Assembly (NCBI GenBank): GCA_964489875.1
Contig: CAZAZW010000001.1
Coordinates: forward strand, 183,816-247,815
Reading direction: 5' to 3'
DNA length: 64,000 nucleotides
Source of the DNA: an uncultured Gammaproteobacteria bacterium
GTDB lineage: Bacteria > Patescibacteriota > Microgenomatia > Daviesbacterales > UBA10151
In this document: positions 1 to 9,074 of the stretch, one piece after another
Numbering within the stretch: the stretch's first letter is position 1
How the letters are laid out: every line of letters begins with the position of its first letter
Notes under the pieces: model-generated
Databases searched by the model: none
What the model was told of the DNA's origin: nothing
Seen by the model: the letters and a program-made list of their open reading frames with translations, nothing else
Program-made: the position numbers and the translations under genes

Positions 1-93
1 ATTTTTTCTGACCGCATAAATTGCTGCAGTAATCCCCGAAGCTCCTCCACCAATAATAATTGTGTCAAAAATATCGGGCAGATTTTGGTCCAT
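1..93 (-). CDS. FAD/NAD(P)-binding pyridine nucleotide-disulfide oxidoreductase (TrxB-like), N-terminal fragment cut by the window edge
   Basis: Not in the ORF track. The reverse complement of 1-93 reads MDQNLPDIFDTIIIGGGASGITAAIYAVRKN. This is a GGGxxG dinucleotide-binding N-terminus, with ATG at 93-91. Confidence 0.5.
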   Translation of the reverse strand, partial: MDQNLPDIFDTIIIGGGASGITAAIYAVRKN

Positions 94-115
94 AAAAATA
101 TGTTACCATAATTTT

Positions 116-1753
116 ATGTCCCTAAAGGATGATCTACATAAAATAGTTGAAGGTGAAGTTTTCGATGATAGCGAAACTTTAACAATTTACAGCAAAGATG
201 CCTCTTTTTTTCAGATTCAACCCCAAGCAGTTATATATCCAGAAAATGCTGAGGATATTAAAAAATTAGTTAAATTTGCAACAGACAATCCTGGGGAGCA
301 TTTATCCTTGACTATCCGCTCCGGCGGCACTGATATGTCCGGAGCCGCCATCAGCGACTCCCTGATTTTAGATATGACCAAACACTTTAATAAAATTTTG
401 AAGATTGATCAGGACTCTGCCGTTGTGCAGCCGGGAGTTTTCTACCGGGATTTTGAGCCGGAAACCTTAAAAAAAGACCTATTGCTGCCAATTTATCCTG
501 CCTCTCGTGATCTGTGCACTTTAGGGGGGATGGTTAATAATAATTCAGCAGGGGAAAAGACGCTAATTTTTGGCCAAACGGAAAAATTTGTCCAATCCTT
601 AAAGGTAATCCTTTCCGACGGAAATGAATATACATTTGAACCATTGAGTAAAGATGAGTTGGATAAAAAAATTGCTCAAAAAAACTTTGAAGGGGAGATT
701 TACCAAAATATGTATAAATTAGTTACTCAAAATCAGGAGTTAATTAAATCTGCAGAACCAAAAGTATCCAAAAACTCTGCCGGTTATTTGCTTTGGAAAA
801 TCTGGGACGGACAGACTTTCGACCTAAGCAAACTGATCTGCGGAGCCCAAGGCACCCTGGGCATAGTCACTGAAACCAAATTCAGGCTAATCCAACCAAA
901 AAAACACACTAAACTGTTGGTAATGTTCCTTTATAACCTAAGTCATGTCGGTGAAATTGTGGAAGAAGTCTTAACATTTGCCCCCGAGAGCTTTGAAAGC
1001 TACGATGACCAAACTTTCCGATTTGCTGTAAAATTCTGGGCAGAACTTCTTCATGTTATCCACCCCAAAAACTTGCTGACACTCGCTTGGAATTTTATTC
1101 CGGAAGCCTACATGACTCTACAACATGGTTTTCCTAAATTAATTCTGCTGGCTGAATTTACCGGAGATAGCGAAGAAGAGGTAGCCGGAAAATGTTTGAC
1201 GGCACAAAAAGCTATTAAACATTTCCATGTCAAATCCAGGATGACTCGGGACGAAGATGATGAGAAAAAATATTTGACTGTGAGGCGGGAAAGTTTTAAT
1301 TTATTCCGCCACCATGCTGGAAATAAAAGAACAGCTCCCTTTATTGATGATGTTGTAGTAGAGCCTCGCTTTTTGCCGGAATTTTTGCCTAAACTCCAGC
1401 ATATATTAAAGCCTTATAAAAAATTTATGACCTACACCATTGCCGGCCATATCGGCAATGGCAATTTTCATATCATTCCTTTGGTAGATATGAAGGACCC
1501 CCGAGTCATCCAGGCTATTCCGGAGTTATCTAAAAAAGTATACAACCTGGTTTTTGAATATAAAGGTTCCATGACAGCTGAACACAACGACGGCTTGGTC
1601 AGAGGACCATACCTTGAACTAATGTACGGCAGAAAAGTCTATGAACTGTTTAAAGAAGTTAAAAAAATCTTTGATCCCAAAAATATCTTTAATCCTCACA
1701 AAAAGGTAGATGCCACTCTGGAGTATTCCTTAACCCATCTGGTAAAAAGTTAA
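116..1753 (+). CDS. FAD-binding oxidase, GlcD/D-lactate dehydrogenase family
   Basis: ORF 62..1753. It has an FAD-binding PCMH-type motif RSGGTDMSGAA and a C-terminal oxidase domain. ATG at 116 (MSLKDD) is preferred over GTG at 62, which would overlap the divergent gene. Confidence 0.8.
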   Translation: MSLKDDLHKIVEGEVFDDSETLTIYSKDASFFQIQPQAVIYPENAEDIKKLVKFATDNPGEHLSLTIRSGGTDMSGAAISDSLILDMTKHFNKILKIDQDSAVVQPGVFYRDFEPETLKKDLLLPIYPASRDLCTLGGMVNNNSAGEKTLIFGQTEKFVQSLKVILSDGNEYTFEPLSKDELDKKIAQKNFEGEIYQNMYKLVTQNQELIKSAEPKVSKNSAGYLLWKIWDGQTFDLSKLICGAQGTLGIVTETKFRLIQPKKHTKLLVMFLYNLSHVGEIVEEVLTFAPESFESYDDQTFRFAVKFWAELLHVIHPKNLLTLAWNFIPEAYMTLQHGFPKLILLAEFTGDSEEEVAGKCLTAQKAIKHFHVKSRMTRDEDDEKKYLTVRRESFNLFRHHAGNKRTAPFIDDVVVEPRFLPEFLPKLQHILKPYKKFMTYTIAGHIGNGNFHIIPLVDMKDPRVIQAIPELSKKVYNLVFEYKGSMTAEHNDGLVRGPYLELMYGRKVYELFKEVKKIFDPKNIFNPHKKVDATLEYSLTHLVKS

Positions 1754-2733
1754 ATCTCTTTAGCTATAATTTTAGAGTTCTGTTTCAATCTTTCCTGTAT
1801 TTGGTTCAAGGTTAAAAGTCCGGCTTGGGGACCGATTTGCTCTACTACTGCCGCCCCATTAGCTGCCCCCCACCTCATAGCCTCTGACAATTCCTTGCCG
1901 TGAAAGAGCCCGGCCAAAACTCCTGTAGCATACGCATCTCCTGCACCAGTCATCTCTACCAGCTCTGCTGGGAAAATTCCCAAATGATAGTATTTTTCCC
2001 CATCAGAACCAAAAGATCCTTCTCCTCCATCAGTGATAACCACCATTTTTGGACCTAAACTTAAAATTCCTCTGAGCAATTTTTTGACAGCAATATCTTC
2101 TGTATCTTTATGCCCTAAAATTCTCTTTGCTTCCTCTTTATTTACAATAAAAAGTTCAGTCAGTGATAGAAGTCTGGGATTTTTCTTAATTCCTACTTTA
2201 ATCTGATAAGTTCCGGGGTTATAAAGTAAATTGCACCCAGTTCTTTCTAAATATACTGTTAATTCACTCAGTAAATTAGACTCGGTAAAAGATGGAGAAA
2301 TAGAGGTAAAATATAGCCATCTTGAGGCGTCCAACTCCGGCAATCTATATTTCCAGGGTTGATGATAAACAAAAATTGTTCTTTCTCCTTTAAAGTTTAG
2401 TACTGTGGATAGATTAGATTCCATCCCTTCGTTCGCAACCACATACCTGGTACTTACCCCTTCCTCCTTAAACTTATCTATAATTTGTTTACCTGAAGTG
2501 TCAAACCCTATATTTGCATAGATGGCACTGCTCAGTTTCAACCTGGCTCCCCCCACGGCATTATTGGCAGCATTTCCAGCAACTAGATGAACAAATTTAT
2601 CAACAGAGATCTTATCCCCATATTCCACACATAACATACACTCAGTCTTGTTTAAATTACATCTAATCTCAGCATCATGAATTTGTACAAAATTATCAAT
2701 AGTAACATCACCAATGGATATTAGATCAAACAT
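1750..2733 (-). CDS. PfkB-family carbohydrate/nucleoside kinase
   Basis: ORF 1750..2763. It carries the PfkB signature GAGDAYATGVLAGL near the C-terminus and the N-terminal FDLISIGD motif. The likely start is the internal ATG at 2733. Confidence 0.8.
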   Translation of the reverse strand: MFDLISIGDVTIDNFVQIHDAEIRCNLNKTECMLCVEYGDKISVDKFVHLVAGNAANNAVGGARLKLSSAIYANIGFDTSGKQIIDKFKEEGVSTRYVVANEGMESNLSTVLNFKGERTIFVYHQPWKYRLPELDASRWLYFTSISPSFTESNLLSELTVYLERTGCNLLYNPGTYQIKVGIKKNPRLLSLTELFIVNKEEAKRILGHKDTEDIAVKKLLRGILSLGPKMVVITDGGEGSFGSDGEKYYHLGIFPAELVEMTGAGDAYATGVLAGLFHGKELSEAMRWGAANGAAVVEQIGPQAGLLTLNQIQERLKQNSKIIAKEI

Positions 2734-2763
2734 AGATTGCAAAAGCAGCGAAGTCACAAGCAA

Positions 2764-2834
2764 CCAAAAAATGTTGTTTGTTTTGTGCTATTTCACCTTA
2801 ATGATTTTAGTCTATGTCATTCGCAAAACAAACA
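2764..2834 (-). terminator. Possible terminator of the cop operon (11-bp inverted repeat plus T-run)
   Basis: TGTTTGTTTTG at 2775-2785 is a perfect complement of CAAAACAAACA at 2824-2834. On the minus strand a T6 run follows (plus-strand AAAAAA at 2766-2771). The stem is AU-rich and the loop is 38 nt, so the terminator is weak. Confidence 0.3.
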
Positions 2835-2887
2835 CAAGTGAGTAAGTCTCTACCGTACGAACGCTTTTTTGTGCTGTGACGAGCTGA

Positions 2888-3103
2888 TTAATCAACAAAG
2901 ATTGCTGTATAACCTGATTTTTTAATGGTTTCCAGGATTAAACTATCTGATACTTTGTCCGAATCAAACTCTACTTCTGTTTCTGCTTTAGCATAAGAGG
3001 TGCTGGAAGATTTAATCCCCGGGAGATCCTCTAAATCCATATCTATGGTTAGAGCGCAGGAAGAACAGTGCATGCCGGTAATTTTAAATTTCTTTTTATC
3101 CAC
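2888..3103 (-). CDS. copZ: Heavy-metal-associated (HMA) copper chaperone
   Basis: 71 aa with GMHCSSC (MxCxxC). It lies 1 nt downstream of the preceding gene in the copA operon. Confidence 0.85.
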   Translation of the reverse strand: MDKKKFKITGMHCSSCALTIDMDLEDLPGIKSSSTSYAKAETEVEFDSDKVSDSLILETIKKSGYTAIFVD

Positions 3104-3104
3104 T

Positions 3105-4139
3105 TTATACCACCTCCATAATTATATAATACATCCCCATTGAACAAGTACCGACTATTTTACCTTTTTGCTCCGGAGTAAACTCAATTGTGCTGGTAGT
3201 ATTCGGGCCTAAATTTCTGGCAATACCCAAACTGGGAATCCTAAATGAAGAGGCACAACCTAACCTACTTCCGGTGGTTAAATTAAGTTGTACAGGCACA
3301 CCGACTCTAAGTTGAACATAGCTCGGGCTATACCCATTTGGTAAAACCTGGACATTAACTTGCTGAATGCCATTTGCAGCTAACGAGCTGTTCTGCTGCT
3401 TAACTGCTCCTCCACTCAAATCTATCTGAATAGGAGAGTTATCAGCAATTGTTTGCAAAGTAACAGGGGATCCTGCCACTACTAATGCTCCGTTTAAAGA
3501 AGTTATCCCTAAATACAAAACTGCTACCCCTGCTAGTTTTAAAAATTTAGTCCTAAAGGCATCTCCCAAAACTGTAGTCAAAAACCCCAGGCCAAAAAAG
3601 AGCGGGGAAGTGCCTAAAACAAATACTCCCATGATAGCTGCTCCCAATAGCGGACTGCCAGAAGAGATAGCCAAAGCCTCCATAGCCAAAGTAGTCCCAC
3701 AAGGAATAAAAATTGTCATCACTCCTAAAAAGGCTGGGGCAAACAAATCTTTGCTTCTGGATTGGTTTCTGACCATCTTAGCTAAAAACTTGGGTGGCTG
3801 GATAATCACATACCTAAAAATTGGGTGGACATTTAATAAATTCATGGCCACCAAAATCATGTATATAGCAGCTGCAATCTGCATTACCACCCTGGCACCA
3901 TCAGATAAAGATAAAGCTGAACCAAAGCTGCCTAAAATAAAACCTAAAATTAAATAGGCAATAAATTTGGTAGTCAAAAAAGCTAAGGTCGGCCAGATAT
4001 TGTGCCTACGGTTGGCACCTGCTCTAATATCTTCCTCTTCGCGTGCGGCAATTGTAGACGCTAGTAACCCACCTTGCACCGCCATGCAAGATACTCCTCC
4101 CACTGTTAAACCGGTTAGAAAAACAACCCACAAATCCAT
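3105..4139 (-). CDS. Polytopic membrane protein (DsbD_2/TauE-like, Cys-bearing TM helices) fused to a C-terminal cupredoxin-like domain
   Basis: 344 aa with TM-embedded Cys motifs GGVSCMAVQGG and IFIPCGTT. The C-terminal roughly 90 aa end in EFTPEQKGKIVGTCSMGMYYIIMEVV, which is paralogous to the tail of ORF 6325..6693. Confidence 0.5.
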   Translation of the reverse strand: MDLWVVFLTGLTVGGVSCMAVQGGLLASTIAAREEEDIRAGANRRHNIWPTLAFLTTKFIAYLILGFILGSFGSALSLSDGARVVMQIAAAIYMILVAMNLLNVHPIFRYVIIQPPKFLAKMVRNQSRSKDLFAPAFLGVMTIFIPCGTTLAMEALAISSGSPLLGAAIMGVFVLGTSPLFFGLGFLTTVLGDAFRTKFLKLAGVAVLYLGITSLNGALVVAGSPVTLQTIADNSPIQIDLSGGAVKQQNSSLAANGIQQVNVQVLPNGYSPSYVQLRVGVPVQLNLTTGSRLGCASSFRIPSLGIARNLGPNTTSTIEFTPEQKGKIVGTCSMGMYYIIMEVV

Positions 4140-4153
4140 AAAGTATTATTGTA

Positions 4154-6328
4154 TTAAATTCTCGCCCTTTTAAGAAGCAGTGAATTACTGACCACCGATA
4201 TTGAACTCATGGCCATTGCCGCAGAAGCAAGTACCGGACTCAGTAAAATCTGAAATAGAGGATACAAGATTCCCATAGCAACAGGTATAAGGATAATATT
4301 ATACCCGAAAGCCCAGAAAAGGTTAAGTTTTATTGTCCTCATGGTTTTTTTAGATAAATTTATGGCCACAGCTACAGAAGCTAAATCTTTATTAATCAAA
4401 GTAATATCACCTGCTTCAATTGCCACATCTGTGCCTGAACCCATGGCAATCCCCACGTCTGAGGCAGCCAGTGCCGGAGCATCATTAATCCCATCTCCCA
4501 CAAACCCAACTTTTTTGCCACTCTGTTGCAGCTTTCTTACTTGTTGTTCTTTTTCATCAGGTAAAACTTCTGCTAAGATAGCTTTTATACCAACTTGTTT
4601 GGCAATGGCTTCTGCCGTCCTCTTGTTATCCCCTGTCAGCATCACTACTTCAATTCCCATCTTCTGCAGCTTTTTCACAGCCTGTTGAGCGGAATCCTTA
4701 ATGGTGTCTGCCACCGCAATTAAACCAGTAAGTTTTCCATCCACTCCCAACATCATCACAGTTTTTCCTTCAGTTTCCAGTTTTTCAACTTCCTTTTCAT
4801 TAATTTCAATCTTTTCTTGCTGCATCAATCTTCTATTACCCAGAACCACCTTTTTTCCTCCAATCAGACCTTCCACTCCATGCCCCGGGATAGCCTTGAA
4901 TCTACTCACACTTAAAAACTTAATTTTTTCCTCTTCGCCTTTTTTAACAATTGCTTCTGCCAAAGAATGCTCCGAACCTTTTTCCAGAGAAGCCGCCACC
5001 GGTAATACATCACCCACTACATCCGTTACTTCCGGCTTACCTTTAGTTAAAGTCCCGGTCTTATCAAAAACTACCGTATTAATTTTATGGGCGGTTTCCA
5101 AACTTTCGGCATCTTTGATCAGAATCCCCCTCTCTGCCCCTAGCCCTGTTCCTACCATAATGGCAGTCGGAGTAGCCAACCCCATGGCGCAAGGACAGGC
5201 AATAATGAGTACTGCCACCATATTAAGCATGGCAAACAAGAATGCAGGTTGAGGACCAAAAATATACCAAACCACAAATGTGGCAATCGCGAGCATTATC
5301 ACCACCGGTACAAAGTAGGAAGAAATCAAATCTGCCAGTCTTTGGATAGGCGCTTTTGAGCTTTGGGCTTCTTCCACCAGTTTGATAATTTGTGAAAGCA
5401 AAGTATCTCTGCCGACTTTAGTCGTTTTAAAAGTAAAAGTACCGGTTTTGTTTAAAGTGGCCCCTACTACGCTATCTCCTCTAGCTTTATCAACAGGGAT
5501 ACTCTCACCCGTCACCATTGACTCATCAATACTGGATTCCCCTTCTAAAATTTCTCCGTCAACCGGAATCTTCTCACCCGGTCTTACTCTAATCACATCT
5601 CCTACCACCACTTCAGAGATAGGAATATCTACTTCTTTGCCGGCTCTTACCACTCGGGCAGTTTTGGCTTGTAAACCAATTAACCTTTTAATCGCCTCGG
5701 ATGTTCCAGCTTTGGCTCTGTTTTCAAAATAGCGGCCCAACAAAATCAAACCAATAATAATAGTAGAGACATCGAAATAAGGCATCGGGTCAATGCCGAC
5801 TTTTTGTACTACCTGAGGTAGAATTGTCACAAAAGCAGAATAGCCAAAAGCTACCGTGGTGCCTAAAGCTACCAGTGTATCCATATTGGCAGTCCTGTTT
5901 CTAAGGGCAGGGATGGTGGCCCGGTAAAATTCCAGACCCACCCAAAATTGGACCGGGGCAGCCAAAATAAGCTGCAGGGAAGCCGGCATTCCCAAAAACA
6001 CTCCACCTACCACGAGTCCTCCTAAAATTAGACTAAATACCACCTTATTGCGTAAACTCTTAAGTTCTTTCTGCTTTTCCTCTTTCCGCTCATCTTCGGT
6101 TCTCACTTTTTGTTCCAATTCGGCTCTGTAACCCACACCCGAAACTGCGGAAGCTAAATCTTGATCACTGACTTGATTACCATCATAAACCACACTGGCT
6201 TGTTCAGTGGCCAAATTGACCGTAGCAACAGATACACCTTCCACTCTGGAAAGCGCCCTCTCAATCACCCGCACACAAGAGGCACAGTGCATGCCTTTTA
6301 TTGGAAATGTTTTTTTGAGTTCTGTCAT
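4154..6328 (-). CDS. copA: Copper-translocating P1B-type ATPase
   Basis: 724 aa. It has an N-terminal HMA motif GMHCASC, the CPC motif [11 protein letters not shown], the phosphorylation site DKTGTLT and the hinge GDGINDAP. Confidence 0.95.
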   Translation of the reverse strand: MTELKKTFPIKGMHCASCVRVIERALSRVEGVSVATVNLATEQASVVYDGNQVSDQDLASAVSGVGYRAELEQKVRTEDERKEEKQKELKSLRNKVVFSLILGGLVVGGVFLGMPASLQLILAAPVQFWVGLEFYRATIPALRNRTANMDTLVALGTTVAFGYSAFVTILPQVVQKVGIDPMPYFDVSTIIIGLILLGRYFENRAKAGTSEAIKRLIGLQAKTARVVRAGKEVDIPISEVVVGDVIRVRPGEKIPVDGEILEGESSIDESMVTGESIPVDKARGDSVVGATLNKTGTFTFKTTKVGRDTLLSQIIKLVEEAQSSKAPIQRLADLISSYFVPVVIMLAIATFVVWYIFGPQPAFLFAMLNMVAVLIIACPCAMGLATPTAIMVGTGLGAERGILIKDAESLETAHKINTVVFDKTGTLTKGKPEVTDVVGDVLPVAASLEKGSEHSLAEAIVKKGEEEKIKFLSVSRFKAIPGHGVEGLIGGKKVVLGNRRLMQQEKIEINEKEVEKLETEGKTVMMLGVDGKLTGLIAVADTIKDSAQQAVKKLQKMGIEVVMLTGDNKRTAEAIAKQVGIKAILAEVLPDEKEQQVRKLQQSGKKVGFVGDGINDAPALAASDVGIAMGSGTDVAIEAGDITLINKDLASVAVAINLSKKTMRTIKLNLFWAFGYNIILIPVAMGILYPLFQILLSPVLASAAMAMSSISVVSNSLLLKRARI

Positions 6329-6693
6329 TTAACAATTATCTTTCCGTGGTACATATTCATACCACAAGTAAACTTGTACTCGCCCTCTTTTTCCGGTGTA
6401 ACTTCTATGCTAACTTTTTGGTTCATTGGTAATTCCCGGCGGATTTTAAAATCAGATAGCACTACTTCAGATAAACAATCTGACGGATCTGTACGGATGA
6501 AATTAATTTTTGTTGGTTTATTTTTTGGTATAGAAATCACTTCCGGCGAATAACCGCCAGATACAGTAATGTCTACCTGGTTTTTTACCACTACTTCTTT
6601 TTCCTTCTTCATCAGAAAAAACCAATAGGTAAGTAATATTCCTACTATTCCGGCTATAAGAACGATGATTTTATCTATACTCAAAGATTCCAT
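6325..6693 (-). CDS. Membrane-anchored cupredoxin-like domain protein
   Basis: 122 aa with an N-terminal TM helix. The tail is [25 protein letters not shown]. Its stop overlaps the copA start by 4 nt (ATGA). Confidence 0.5.
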   Translation of the reverse strand: MESLSIDKIIVLIAGIVGILLTYWFFLMKKEKEVVVKNQVDITVSGGYSPEVISIPKNKPTKINFIRTDPSDCLSEVVLSDFKIRRELPMNQKVSIEVTPEKEGEYKFTCGMNMYHGKIIVK

Positions 6694-7112
6694 ACAAAAC
6701 TCCTATCAAAACCTGATATGTTCACAATTATCAACTGCGCTGATATGGCTTTGGCAGAAATACTGGGAAAAACTAACTCACCATTTAAATGATGACCTCC
6801 GGATCCCCCGCTCCAGGAAATTGGTGTTAAACTGTTTCCTTTGTCATCCCTTAAATTAGACACTTTCAATAAATCATAATCCAATTCCACTGAATGTGTA
6901 TTAAAAACCACATCAAACTTAGCTTCCTTTCCTGGCTCTAAAGAAACAGGTGTTACTTCTATACTCACTTCACCCTGATCGCTAGATTGCTTAGTTAAGA
7001 ACTCCTGTTTTATTTCCTTTTGCGGTGTATGATCTGAACCTTTAACTGCCCAAATCCATAATCCTGCTAGAGTAATAAATATTAAAATTAAAGATATTCC
7101 TACTTTACTCAT
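6681..7112 (-). CDS. Membrane-anchored extracytoplasmic beta-rich protein with a GGSGGHH motif (unknown function)
   Basis: ORF 6681..7271. The start is chosen at 7112 (MSKVGISLILIF) because it forms an ATGA overlap with the upstream stop. It has a single TM anchor and the motif SWSGGSGGHHLNGELVF. Confidence 0.45.
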   Translation of the reverse strand: MSKVGISLILIFITLAGLWIWAVKGSDHTPQKEIKQEFLTKQSSDQGEVSIEVTPVSLEPGKEAKFDVVFNTHSVELDYDLLKVSNLRDDKGNSLTPISWSGGSGGHHLNGELVFPSISAKAISAQLIIVNISGFDRSFVWNL

Positions 7113-7534
7113 TTTTTCATTCTCCATACTTGTCTTAACATTAAAGAAACTCCTGCTAGATTTGATAAAATTCCCAATGATAAAAACCAAGTCTGATACT
7201 TTGCCAAAACTAAACTTACAGCCGATAAACCCAAAAGCGGCAAAACATCCGTTAAGTGATGAGCGCAACAAGCTAGCATAGCCACAGAAGATGTACTTGT
7301 GCCTGCAACTACTGTTCCCTGTTCTAACTTAGTTTCCTTATGACAATTTTTAAGGTAACTAAATAAGCCAACTTGTGTACTAAATCCTAAAACCAACGCG
7401 CCGATCCAGTAACGAAGGTCTATCAATTGCCTAACCGTATAATCCCAAGACCCAGACGCAAGACCCATTATCAAAAAATAAATAGCCAGCAGAGCTACCC
7501 CTGCCAAAAATCCATGTAAAACTGCTCTTTTCAT
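7109..7534 (-). CDS. Four-TM membrane protein with an intramembrane CCAHH motif (unknown function)
   Basis: 141 aa and hydrophobic throughout. SSVAMLACCAHHLTDVLPLLG lies in a predicted TM helix. Confidence 0.45.
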   Translation of the reverse strand: MKRAVLHGFLAGVALLAIYFLIMGLASGSWDYTVRQLIDLRYWIGALVLGFSTQVGLFSYLKNCHKETKLEQGTVVAGTSTSSVAMLACCAHHLTDVLPLLGLSAVSLVLAKYQTWFLSLGILSNLAGVSLMLRQVWRMKK

Positions 7535-7544
7535 CTATCTAACC

Positions 7545-7808
7545 TCACTTTGCCCACCGATTGTATAGCCAAATCGTCCCATATGTTGTCACCCATGTTA
7601 ATCCACCTATTGTCACCAGCCCCCAAACCAATGACCCAAAATCCGGGCTAAATGTCGCTTTGACTGACTCAAGATTAACCGTATGCATCCATGCTTTTCC
7701 GATACTAAAAATCAAATCAGGCGCAAGAGACGACAACAAAGCACAGGCTACGTAAAACACAACTGTCACAGCCGTGACTGCATTTGCAAAAGCTTTTGCA
7801 TTCAACAT
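7545..7808 (-). CDS. Small two-TM membrane protein (possibly DUF5676-like)
   Basis: 87 aa with two hydrophobic helices. The C-terminal WLYNRWAK resembles my memory of DUF5676 tails. An SD-like GGAGGTGAG lies upstream. Confidence 0.4.
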   Translation of the reverse strand: MLNAKAFANAVTAVTVVFYVACALLSSLAPDLIFSIGKAWMHTVNLESVKATFSPDFGSLVWGLVTIGGLTWVTTYGTIWLYNRWAK

Positions 7809-7820
7809 TTATCTCACCTC

Positions 7821-8162
7821 CTATCTACCCATCATTTGCATCATTCCACTTCCTCTTTCCATCATACTGTTCCCTTTATTTTGCATCATAGAACCATTTT
7901 CCTCTAATTCCCTCCCATTCTGCATCATTTCCTGATCTCCATATGTTTCACCTTTTTGCTGCATCATCTGACCGGAATCCATCATCATTCTACCCATCTG
8001 TACCATATTAGAACCATTATCTTTCATCGTCGAAGCAGTTTGATTCATGTAGCCTGCCGAAAAAGGCCTACTATTTTGACCTACAAGATAGCCAATTAAA
8101 CTTCCGACTAAAACTGCTATTATCAGATAGACAAGCGGATTATTACCGTTATTTTTTGCCAT
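7821..8162 (-). CDS. Membrane-anchored methionine-rich repeat protein (putative Cu(I) binder)
   Basis: 113 aa with one N-terminal TM helix. By my count about 20 residues are Met, concentrated in repeats such as GQMMQQKGE, GSMMQNKGN and GSGMMQMMGR. A strong SD, AGGAGGTGAG, lies upstream. Confidence 0.6.
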   Translation of the reverse strand: MAKNNGNNPLVYLIIAVLVGSLIGYLVGQNSRPFSAGYMNQTASTMKDNGSNMVQMGRMMMDSGQMMQQKGETYGDQEMMQNGRELEENGSMMQNKGNSMMERGSGMMQMMGR

Positions 8163-8184
8163 ATTCTCACCTCCTATATTTAGA

Positions 8185-9021
8185 CTACACCTTTTTTGAT
8201 ATCCAATAAATAAAATAAATTAGCCCACCCACGAACAAAATATTGACAAAAATATTATTTCCCAACATTCCGTTAACACTATTTAGCGCATTTGTAATAG
8301 TTTTGGTAAATACATCCATATTTTCAGCGGACAATTTTCCTGTTGCAGTCAGCCCCAAAGCCAACAGCCCGGTGATTAAAAAAACAATCGCTGCTATTAA
8401 ATTACTCATTATCACCACATAAGTTTTGCCAAAAAGCTTTAGATCTAAAACAGGCTTTCTAAGGAGGGTAAACTTGGGCATTTTATCCGACAGAAAAACC
8501 GCAATCAAAAGTAGGGGAACCACCATACCAAGGACATACATTCCACCCACTAGTATCGCTCCGAAAAAAGTAGGAGAAAGCAAAGTCAAAGTCATAATGC
8601 CGATTAGAACCGGGGCGCAACAAGCGCTAGTAATACCGGACACAATCCCCAAGGTAAAAATTGACACCACATCGGTTTTTCCGCTGGCATTGATTCCGCT
8701 CAAATTCGGCATTGGCAGCTTAATACCTAAGAAGGTCGTCACCGCCACCGCCAGCATGATAATTCCCCCTACAATGTAAATCATGTCATGATAGCGGAAA
8801 AGCAGTTTTGAAACAAAAGCTACCCCTAAAACTGCAGGCAGAAGTACTACAAAAATCCCGGCCCCAAAAACCAAGGTCATTAAAATAACCTTTTCTTTTT
8901 CCTTAAACACGCTGCCTAAATACGTAGGAAGTAAGAAGGTGATGCAACAAGGAGCAAACAGGGCTACCATCCCTGCCACAAATGCCGCTATAAGCGATGT
9001 CTGAAAAAGCACAGTTTCCAT
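8185..9021 (-). CDS. CcdA/DsbD-like thiol-disulfide transmembrane electron transporter with doubled Cys motifs
   Basis: 278 aa and polytopic. FAPCCITFLLPTYL and ITSACCAPVLIG sit in TM helices, in a layout like the cytochrome c biogenesis transmembrane-region family. Confidence 0.55.
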   Translation of the reverse strand: METVLFQTSLIAAFVAGMVALFAPCCITFLLPTYLGSVFKEKEKVILMTLVFGAGIFVVLLPAVLGVAFVSKLLFRYHDMIYIVGGIIMLAVAVTTFLGIKLPMPNLSGINASGKTDVVSIFTLGIVSGITSACCAPVLIGIMTLTLLSPTFFGAILVGGMYVLGMVVPLLLIAVFLSDKMPKFTLLRKPVLDLKLFGKTYVVIMSNLIAAIVFLITGLLALGLTATGKLSAENMDVFTKTITNALNSVNGMLGNNIFVNILFVGGLIYFIYWISKKV

Positions 9022-9074
9022 AAAATTCTAAAATTCATAACTTTGCACTTTGCATTTTAAACTTTGAACTTTTG

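Noticed and set aside
4341-5732. Four 115-183-aa ORFs on the plus strand inside copA, with similar antisense ORFs at 3610-4173 and 8426-8779.
   Set aside because: They lie fully antisense to strongly supported genes. Their translations are low-complexity Ser/Pro/Thr/Ile strings typical of antisense reading of membrane-protein genes, and they have no SD.
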